Source: Trypethelium eluteriae (taxonomy: Eukaryota). From it: 40,831 bases of DNA. How positions within the stretch are numbered: the stretch's first letter is position 1; each line of letters starts with the position of its first letter. Below the pieces are notes generated by a model. That model had not been told where the DNA came from, searched no databases, and saw only the letters and a program-made list of their open reading frames with translations. The DNA is taken from assembly GCA_051942245.1 (NCBI GenBank), contig JAVECL010000167.1:1-40831 (forward strand), written 5' to 3'. The position numbers and the translations under genes are program-made. Shown here one piece after another: positions 22,420-31,849 of the stretch.

Positions 22420-24720
22420 ATGGCTGCAACAAAGCAACCGTCTCATACCAGCGAGTCCGACGTTGCACGACCCAGTAATCCGCTTCAGTCCGACTTTGAG
22501 GATCCCGGTGATGACGATAGCATGGATGCCGATGAACGTTATTTGGTAAGATTACACACATCGACGGGATCCAGCAGGCTTGTGTCATGAACATCTCTTC
22601 CAATTATTACAGCGTGTCGGTCGTAGTAGGTGAGTATATCTCGACGGTCAGTCGCATTCCACCATGATCTGGACTTCCTGTTCCTGTAAATGTCCACCTC
22701 GCCTGCAGAGTTCAGTACGTGAAAGTCTCTGTGTTAGGAGTTTACAACAGAAGTTGAAACGGCTAGGAATCCATCATGGTGGAAGTGTCATGGCACGCGG
22801 GTGTCCGGAACTCGTCTCCTGCAGCAAAGCAGCAGATGGGCAAAGGGCTGAGATCATACCGCTTGAACTTGATCGCTATAACGAGCGCGAAAGGAGATGC
22901 TATGACAATACCTCTGATCCCCCCTTTCTAATCTGCTCTTATTGAGTGCTGACGCTCTAGGTAGAAATCATTGGGCTATAAACAGGTATGTGGATTTATC
23001 TAATTATTTCAGGCACTATATCCTAATCATGAATTAGTCGCTACATCGCCAATGGAAGCTATTTGAGAGCTTTTCAGCTAGCTTTGGTGGGACATGTTTT
23101 ATCAAGACTAAGATCTCGCAGACTAACTATTTCCAGCGGCCCTGTACTTCGTGGGTGGTATTCGTACCACATTCTCTATTGGAGTCGGTGCCGGGGGTCC
23201 TGCAGCATACTGGTCAGCCTACAGACGCAACTCTTCTTACTTGTCTGAGAATTTCTGACAGCCATACCCAGGTCGAGCTATTTCGTGACCTGTATATTCG
23301 TCTTCATCACCGCCGCTGTACTGGCAGAAATTTGCTCAGCCCTTCCTGCCGCAGGATCAATCTATTTGTATGCCATTACCCTTTCTTTGGGTCACTGCAT
23401 GTTAACGTACGACACAGCTGGGCAGCTGAATCTGGAGGTCGCCGTTACGGCCGTCTCTTTGGCTTCATCGTAGCTTGGTGGAGCACTACAGCATGGACCA
23501 CTTTTGTTGCATCAAACTGTCAAGCTGCTGCCAATTTCTTGCTCTCCGAAATAACGGTTTTCAACTTGTCCTTTCCTACCGATACCACCAATGTCAAATT
23601 TCGGGCCGTACAATGGATCGTTTCCGAAGCAATCCTCTTTATTTCGCTAAGCATGAACTATCTGGACCCAAAAGTATACAAGACTATCTTCCGTCTTGCG
23701 ACTGGTATCATTATGCTCGACTTCTTTCTCAACATTATATGGTTACCGATCGCCGTCTCGAAAAGCTATGGTTTTCAGTCTGCTGAGTTTGTCTTCACTC
23801 AAACCTACAATGAGACCGGAGCACCACCTGTCTGGAACTGGATGCTTTCTTACTTTGTCACCGCTGGTGTTCTTGTGGGATTCGAAGCCAGTGGGCACGT
23901 CAGCGAAGAGACCAAAAACGCGAGTTTAACTGCTGCTCGAGGAATTTTCTCTTCCGCCTTTGCGTCAGGAATTCTTGGCTTTCCAATCGTCATACTTTTC
24001 CTCTTCTGCACTCCCGATTTGGACACTTTGTACGGCCTGGACGCGCCTCAACCCTTCGTTGGACTTTATGCCATGACACTAGGGCGAGGTGGACATGTCG
24101 TCATGAATATTGCATGTATTTTGGGACTGATCTTCGTAAGTTATATTCACCAATTCCCGTCCTTAGATTAGCGGTCTGACCGAGTCCCCCAGAACACCAC
24201 CGTAGCCGGCGTAGCAAGTTCTCGCCTCATCTGGGCTGTTGCCCGTGACGGCGTTCTCCCATTCTCAGGGTGGATTAGTGCCGTATCTGATAAGAAGGAG
24301 CCTCGGAATGCGATCATAATCATGCACGCCGTGGCAGCCCTTCTTCTCTGCACAATTCTACCTTCCCCGGTTGCGTTCACAAGTTTAGTTAGTGCTGCCG
24401 GTGTACCCACAATCACGGCGTACGCCCTTATTTGCTTCGGACGCACGTTTATCACTCCGAATGAGTTCAAGCATGCGCGCTGGTCGCTAGGCCGCTTCTC
24501 GCGACCATTGACGTTCATCGCATTGATCTGGAATTTATATCTTGCTGGGGTGCTTTTCTCGCCGATCGAATTCCCCGTTACGGCTGACACATTCAACTAT
24601 TCCCCAGTTATCTTTGGGGCAATCACGATCTTTGGAATCGTGAGTTGGTGGATCACACCGGACGAGAAGTGGCTCCCATCCGCTAGATTGGGCAAGGTAC
24701 ATGGAACTGTGGAGGAGTAG
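22420..24720 (+). CDS. APC-superfamily amino acid/choline/GABA-type permease, probably a thiamine or thiamine-precursor transporter (Thi9-like); 7 exons
   Basis: ATG 22420; introns 22546-22964, 22986-23037, 23087-23136, 23213-23271, 23369-23417 and 24136-24192. Motifs DERYL/KSLGYKQ/SLHRQW, GGPAAYW, LAEICSALPAAGSIY, GFEASGHVSEETKNA, SRLIWAVARDGVLPFS and FNYSPV, with many hydrophobic segments. The substrate is inferred from the intronic TPP aptamer. Confidence 0.93.
22630..22635 (+). promoter_or_regulatory. Alternative 5' splice site (AG|GTGAGT) inside the riboswitch intron
   Basis: Consensus donor 84 nt downstream of the frame-preserving donor at 22546. Using it retains an in-frame TGA at 22588-22590. 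Confidence 0.7.
22786..22907 (+). ncRNA. TPP (thiamine pyrophosphate) riboswitch aptamer in intron 1 of the permease
   Basis: P1 TGTCATGGCA (22786-22795) pairs with TGCTATGACA (22898-22907). P2 is GCGG/CCGC. P3 is GTCC/GGGC with an extension hairpin CTCGTCT-CTGC/GCAG-AGATGGG. The conserved core is CTGAGA (22848-22853), ATACCG, TGAACTTGAT, P5 CGCT-ATAACG-AGCG and CGAAAGGA, in the order and spacing of the fungal THI-box. Confidence 0.95.
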
Positions 24721-26275
24721 TCGAATGGGTAATCTTGCGGTAGGACAGATATCAGAAGTAACAGTGGACTGGAGTAGATCCCCCTACACAAGGAGTAGAC
24801 AATGTTCATACGAGTTTGTCCTATTAGCTGCTCAGTACCGATGAACGAGTGCAGATGAGAAGACCAGAAGATCGTTATGTACTCATCTCGTTCCCTATTA
24901 TCCAATGAATTGGTGTTCATAACCTCCTCAATTGTAATCATTGCCGGCTTCCGCACGCTGAATGGGGTTTTGGCGCTTTGAGCGTGTCTTAGAGTGGAGT
25001 GTCCCCCCGCTGTCTCGCAGTCACCTCCCGTGACTTTACTCTACAAACTTCTTCAGCTCTGTCTCAGCCGATATTGCGACGCTGGGTATTCCGGCTTTGT
25101 CCAAATTCAGACAACCAACAGCTGCATGATAAGTGTACAGCAATTGGACTACGGGTCCTACAGCTCACGATGCGTAAAGTCCAGAGCGTAAGAGTATCTC
25201 AAAGACGTGCTATTCCAGCGCAAACACAGCGAATCACACCAAAATTTTTGTTGCGACAGTCATCAATCATCTTTATTACTCGGGCATTCGGCACGTATGA
25301 ATCTCTGTATTCGATAAGCGAGATCGGCTTACACTGATGCCTCAATTGCCTGGAAAAATGGCCACGGCGGCCTTATTGAGCTGCATGGCGTCTGATCAAG
25401 ACACTCCACATTTGTTCATCTCCTTTTGATGTCTCCATTCGACCTTTTGTTGACGAGATTCGCAACAGGATCCACACGCGCGGGACTTTAGTAAAGTGTC
25501 GGGACATAGCTCGTCTATCTTTCCCAGAAGGCTCTTGACTATCTCTGCGCAACGCACCCAGATTCAGCCGCACCAACACATAGGATATCGGATCACGATA
25601 ATTCAGTCCCCAGCCAGATCGTGGCGCACATTTTCTCAATCATGGAAATCACCGGTGAAGTTCGAGCACTTCCTCCATCTGTCCTTTGCACCTGTTTACC
25701 GTGTATCAGTGTGGTGGCGATTGTTTCCACTGTTGTATCCCGGATCCGGATGCACAAACGATTTCGATGATGCAATGATCAAAAAGCTACGCCCTTGGAG
25801 ACAGTAAGAAGTGTTGCCTTCTTGTGAATTTGGGAATATCTTGCTCCAGAAGCGACGTCTTCAGTCCAGCCTTCAGCGTACTTAAATGACCGAACCAGTC
25901 ATGATTATTTCTCATATTCCTCTTCACTTTCAGTATACAATCACCCTTTGAACGCGTCTGCTGGCAGTCTGCGTTGTCCAATCCCATCGCATCCAGCGTT
26001 CCCTTTACAAGACCAAAAGAAAACTTGCACACCTCCACGCAAATTGAGTCTTGTGAGTACGAACTCTTTTGAACACAACCGAGCGGCGCATCAGGCAAGA
26101 CATCTACAAGCTCCTTTCTGAACTCAAATTGCTGTCTCTGTAAGTTTGATAAAATACTCATACTACTCGCTTGACGATGCTTCAACAGCAGACTTGCTAA
26201 TGCGCTTCCAATGTAGCTTTTGCAGAACTTCTCAAGAAACGGTCACGTATCTCGAAGGCTCACGCTCTTGGAATT

Positions 26276-27639
26276 ATGGCCCTTTCAGCGATCTCTGGTG
26301 TCATCGGTATTGTCTCGAATGTCGTAGGCCTTATCGGGACTGTCGCCGACCAATTTCCTTCACAGTCCTCTGGAACTACGACCACTGTTCGTATTGGCGC
26401 CGGATTACCCATGAGCGCAAAGGACAATGGCGCCAGTCTCGGTGGTCAAGTGCCACACATTGGACTTGCCGGCAACAGTGGTAATTGGTTGGGTGTGACA
26501 AAGTCAAGTGGCGACACAATAGACGACGGCAATTTTGCCGATATCGACGTCGATCAAGGTAATACGAAAGCATCAAGTGTCTCCCAGCTATTACCGCCGA
26601 TGTTAACATTGGTGCAGGTGATAGCAACGAGTCCCCCACTTACATTGTAGTGGCGGCCGGTGGGAATGATGCACTTTGCATTAGCTACATCGCAATTACA
26701 GATCCTGCAAAGAATCAACAAGCCTGGATAGGAGACGTTGGATATCAATGTGGCGCTCGTTGGTATTATTCTTCGGCAATATTTGGATCCAACAATAATA
26801 TGCCAAGATGTACCTGGATCGACGGTGATGATACCAACGACATCGTCGAGTACGCCATTTCGATGCACATTACTGATTTCAAGGCCGTTGGAGACCCTCA
26901 ACAGCATCAAGGCCTTGTGAAAGAATACAAGGACAATCCAGCATCCATGTGTGGAAGCGAGCCCCGTCTAACTTTCTGGTCATCGTGGGACATTGATAAC
27001 GACCGAATGCCCATTTATAACCCGGTGCTACAATACAACGATGATGGCTCTGATAAGTCGGATATCTACACAGCGGGTGATTCTTTGGGGCATTCAATGG
27101 GTAAACCAATCGGGTTGAAACCAATCGGCCTGCAGCACAAACGCAGACGCAGAATCGCCTCGCTAAACGCAAGTAATGAGACCGTCAACGCCACCATGAA
27201 GTCGAACCCTCGCCCAGACGATATTGTGATTACCAGGAATACAGAACATAAGATTCGCCCTCTCTGTGATCATCCAAAAGCACTGGGTCCCAGCATAGTC
27301 AATCTTGTTGAAGAGCTCTTCTGCGACATGACGGACAAAATCGTCTATCCGTTGTGCTCCAGTAGTGTCACATGTGGCTGCCTCGACCTCGGGGACGTTG
27401 CAGGTAACTCGAATGGCACCAACTCCACTCTTTCATCCGGTTCTACTAGTCAAAACTCGACAAGCACCAACACTCCGAGATTGAAGCCAACATGTTCTAA
27501 GCAGAGACTCGGCAAAGCCGCTGATGGCCCTACCATCCATGCTGATTTTAGGGTGGAAAATCCGGCCAGTACATCAGATGTCGGTGGTGGGAGCTCCTCC
27601 GGTGGCGTTCCATTCAAGAATGTCATCAATTGGACTTAA
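26276..27639 (+). CDS. Uncharacterised Cys-rich, probably extracellular protein (434 aa); 2 coding exons
   Basis: ATG 26276; intron 26559-26617 joins the two ORFs in frame (DVDQ/GDSNESPTYIVVAAGGNDALCISYI). Has a hydrophobic N-terminus, WIGDVGYQCGARWYYS, CTWIDGD, a KRRRR polybasic site, LFCDM...YPLC...CL and N-glycosylation sequons. A probable 5'UTR intron lies at 26140-26216. Confidence 0.8.
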
Positions 27640-29142
27640 AGGGTATCGACGTCTGAAGTTTCGTTGGCGTAACATCGGACATTATGTGCTCTGACAGCGA
27701 GAGTAATCACGATGGGCTGGTCTCAATTCGCTGCATTTACCTCCATTTGTGTGGAAGCGCGCACAGTACGCCTTCAGAAGTCGCTCATCCCCGGACTCGA
27801 TATTCATTCTTTCCAGTGAATCAACACAATGGTTCATAGTTGTCATACCCTCTTTTCTACATCTTGAGTGTACCCCAGTTCTTGAACCGTCCAGGTTTGA
27901 GGCTCCAGAGAAGCACTGGGTTATTATTCACTTTTAGAGCAGATCCATTGGTAGAGGAGGATATCAATCATTGTCTTTTCGATGCGCTGCCCACTGTATG
28001 AGAGAAATGTCCAACCCACTAAGGCTGGCGAAAACCAACTAAACAGTTTTAATTAGGATTTGAAGGAGTGAAAATGGCTTAATTAAAACACCCAGGACTG
28101 ACTTCCAGTATCATCTCATTGTGTATTTCTCTAGCATGCGTTGAAGTGCAAGACACACGCCACTCGGCCAGCAGACAGTGAGTGAGAGTGTACTCATTTA
28201 GGGATGAGTGGGGTGTTGAAGTTCGGTGAGAGATAACCCGAACATACGTCATTACGGCGGGTGCGGAGTACCATTTGCCCTACACGCCAATTTTCAACTC
28301 CATACAAACCTCCACCAATGCGCCCACCTCCACAACGCTTGAATTAAAAAATTAATTCTATCAGTCGATAGAAAAGACTTCATCGAGTACCGCCTTCAAA
28401 TTACCCTCACCAATTCCTTGTGGTGGTGGAGCCCCCCCAAATCAAAAACTTCATCTCATCCTCGGCTACGGCGCCGCATAGAGAACAAGTCCACAGCTCA
28501 TGTTCACCAACCATTGATGTGCCTCATTCCTTACGTGCCCAAATCTGTTGGGCCTGCTTCCTCTACCAGCGAGGGAAGGTTTCTGTTACATAGTTAGTAA
28601 AGACTCAAATGAGATCTGCCTGACGTAAAAGTCTCTTTATGCTATATTAACTCCACATCCGGTGTCTTTCAAAAAAAAAAGAAAGTGAGCATATAGTTCC
28701 AGAAACTTAAAGTCCTCTCAGCTCTTCCTTCCAGATTAATCACCAATCTCTCGTTCTTGGCGTGGATCAAGGATTTCACACTAAACGTTATTACCGATAC
28801 CATCTTCTCTTTAGGGTCCGAATCTCACATCGGGTGGCAGAAGAATTTGATAGAAGTTATGAAAGGAGCCAATGATAGGAAGCATGTACTGAATCGTTAC
28901 TGCTAAATGGAAGCTCTATGTCGAGAGCGCTAAAATATGGCTAGACTAAACCGAAATCGCACTTCCTTCAGAGACATATCCTTGAGATATCTTCAAGACT
29001 AGCTACAATCTTCCTACTTCAATGATCCATTTGCCACCTTCTCATGTCCATGGTGACGCTTTTCTTGATATTGCACTGGCCCGATTCCCGTCACCATAAT
29101 TCTCTCTATACATCATGATCTGTCAAATGTGCGACGAAGCTT

Positions 29143-30026
29143 CTATCCCTCGCTTCCAGGCGTATTCTTCTTAGGCCTTCCCCTTGGTCTCGACTCCACA
29201 GATAAACTTGCCCAGCGTTCCTCATCAGTGACGAGTTCCGAGTGAACGGGGCTATCGACGTTTGAAGTTTTCGGTCAGTACGTTTTCACCCTCACCCTCT
29301 GACGCTTGGGCTCAGACCCTGACGTGGCTTCCGCACGACGCTTTCCGGTCTGAGGAGCCGACTTCCCAGCCTTCTCACTGTCCTGGGGGTTCGGCGCGGG
29401 CGGATCTTCAACCCTGATACGCTCACCAACTGCAGGCGTTGACTTTCGAGGTCGACCTCTTGCTCGCTTTATAGACCTGTTCTGTCCTACGTGATGCTCG
29501 TGATCCACGCGTGGGGTTGTTTTGGTGCCTTCGCTTTGCCTTGAGATACTCTGGGCGGGCTGTTTGAAGTTAGTGGTCGAGTTCCACGGAGTGAGTTGAA
29601 GCTACCACTCACGGCTCTCTCCGATGGCTGCGGAGGCGAGATGCTGACGAATCTTGCGGATTTCTCGGAGTTAGGTCTCGCCTCAATATCCGATGTTTCT
29701 TGGGGGCGAGCACTGTTGCTGTTGAGACTGGCGCTCCCAACTGACATGTCCTCATCCTCCTGGCCCTCTTGATGTACAAGCCCAGTCTCATTGAGCTCAT
29801 TTCCTCTACTTCCCCCGGCCACTGAGCTCTGGGCGGCGATAAGGTCGTCATCCGTAGCTATGTCGAGGAACTCGAAGATGGGGTCTGTATCCAATTCAAA
29901 ATCCTGAAGCTCATGTTGCAACGCTTTTTTGGCAGCACTGAAACGTTTTACAGCATCCTCGTGACGTTCCGTAGCGATGCGCATGTCTCGTCGAGCCTTT
30001 TCGTAGACTGCTTTGAGCTCGTTCAT
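29143..30026 (-). pseudogene. Disrupted ORF: coiled-coil/acidic N-terminus plus two AT-hooks
   Basis: MNELKAVYEKARRDMRIATERHEDAVKRF... runs to a stop at 29487. A shifted frame gives KRARGRPRK. Reading through TGA at 29275-29277 in that frame gives SRPRGRPKK, ending at TAG 29143. Confidence 0.5.
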
Positions 30027-30836
30027 TGTGCCACAAGTTATGTTCAGACCATTGAAATTGTTGGTGCGGACGCGAGTTCGACTTTGCCAGCGTTTCGTAT
30101 TTCGAGGTATCTCAGGTAATTGCTCGCAGCTGTTCTTCACGAATACAGCATTCAGAAGGACAGGGTGAGACAGAAAGGGCACGTAGGCGAAAGTTTGATG
30201 AGATTCCCGAGAGGGGGAAACTGTGAGGTTCTCCTTCTATAGATTCGTTCACCGCTCCTTGGGAGTGGCAATCTTATGCAGGAAGCCGGTTGCGAATCGG
30301 AGGGTGGCTTTTCTCTTCGTTCTTGAATGATGGCGGAGGTACATGCCCTTCATATGAGCCGTCATATTCCGATATCTGGCATATAATCTGGCCAGAACCG
30401 TGGAACAGGCGAACAGAGTCCTGCAGCCTGCCTCGGATGGTACCCTTTTTGAACATTTACAAATAGGATTCTGCCTCCTAGTGTTAGGAAAATGGTGGGC
30501 CAGAAGACAAAACGTGAATTTGAAAGAGAGCTCACAACGTCCGCGAGTGTCATTTATTATGTGTTCTTCCCATCGCCATCTGCTTTGCGCCAAAAATCTG
30601 ACCTTGAATATGTGTAGGCTCTTAGTCGTAGACGATCCTGTTCCGTTGGTAGCAGCTGCAAGCCAGAGCACGCTATCGAAATGTGTTTTTCAACATCAGG
30701 GATTTCCTTGCTCCTCTCTGTCTACTAGCCAAGGCCTATAGAAATGTCCATTGAAGATCTTCCGGCCTGTACAAGGATAGGGTTGACAGGATCCACAACT
30801 GTATGCTTCTTGCATGAAGCTGTTTGTCCTCCGCTC

Positions 30837-31223
30837 TCAAACGCCGCGACTTCTAAGCTCCTGTTCCAGTGCTTCCATGTCGGTACTGCCAGCTATGGCC
30901 TCCACACCGTCATTGAACAGCGAATAGGCGCTCATCTCCCCCTCCTTCCTCTTCCCGGTGTTTGCAATCATCGCCCAGAATAGCCCCAGCACGAACATGA
31001 CCTGCCCATATCCGATCAATGCCGCAAGTACCTGTAGCATGACATAGGCATGAAACTGACGTGAGTTTTTGAGGTGATTGTAGGCTTTTTGGACCAGTAA
31101 GGAAGGGGATCGGGAATTGCGCTCCTCGATGTATTCGTCGAGCTGCAGGTCGGCTTTGGAGATGTGGTAGGGCTTCTTATTCTTCCTCTTTTCGATGGAT
31201 GGCTCTCCGGCCTCGGAGGGCAT
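30837..31223 (-). CDS. SAYSvFN domain-containing membrane protein (SAYSD1-like)
   Basis: 128-aa intronless ORF with a hydrophobic hairpin (VMLQVLAALIGYGQVMFVLGLFWAMIANTG) followed by RKEGEMSAYSLFNDGVEAIAGSTDMEALEQELR, the family signature. Confidence 0.9.
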   Translation of the reverse strand: MPSEAGEPSIEKRKNKKPYHISKADLQLDEYIEERNSRSPSLLVQKAYNHLKNSRQFHAYVMLQVLAALIGYGQVMFVLGLFWAMIANTGKRKEGEMSAYSLFNDGVEAIAGSTDMEALEQELRSRGV

Positions 31224-31849
31224 GTCTTCTAAAGCCAGGAAGCGGCGTTGTAAACGGGGTGTCGTTTTAGGCTTGCACCGGCTTGGTTGGCTGATTGTAG
31301 GTACCTAATCATGCTAATCTAATAAGGTGTCATCTACGAAGATCTTGCGCCTTTCGCATGCGTGTGTCGCCGTAGTCTCGGAATAGATGAAAATATCAAA
31401 CGGACCATTATTTTGTAGCGTTGTGAGCACACGTAGTGGGTGAACAGAGCAAAGTAGATGGATGGTTCAACTAGCTAGAACGAGGCAGGCTATGTACGCG
31501 GTGGGGTGCCTGCCGCCTGCATGCCTAGCTCCTGCTCTCAGCGTTTTCTAGAGTGTCCTCAGGAAGATGATCAGAGAAAGTCTTAATAGCAATATTATAC
31601 GAATTGTTTCTTCAAACTCGGTCGATTTCACTGAAGCACTTTATCACCTAATGGGTATCGTACGCATAAGTCTAATTCATCAGATATCTTGATTACTTTC
31701 CATTGTTCCTGTACATGATTCTAATTACATTGCATTAGATGTGAGTAATACTTGCTGTAAGTCTATTGTCGCAGAGCCAGTGGGCGATATACGTTGAAAG
31801 AAGCACCCTATTACCGCAGATGTTGATCGCAGCATGCTAGTCCTTCTCC

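Noticed and set aside
24994..26185. ORFs of 60-132 aa between the permease and the Cys-rich gene
   Set aside because: No motifs, mostly non-ATG starts, and overlap with the putative 5'UTR intron of the plus-strand gene.
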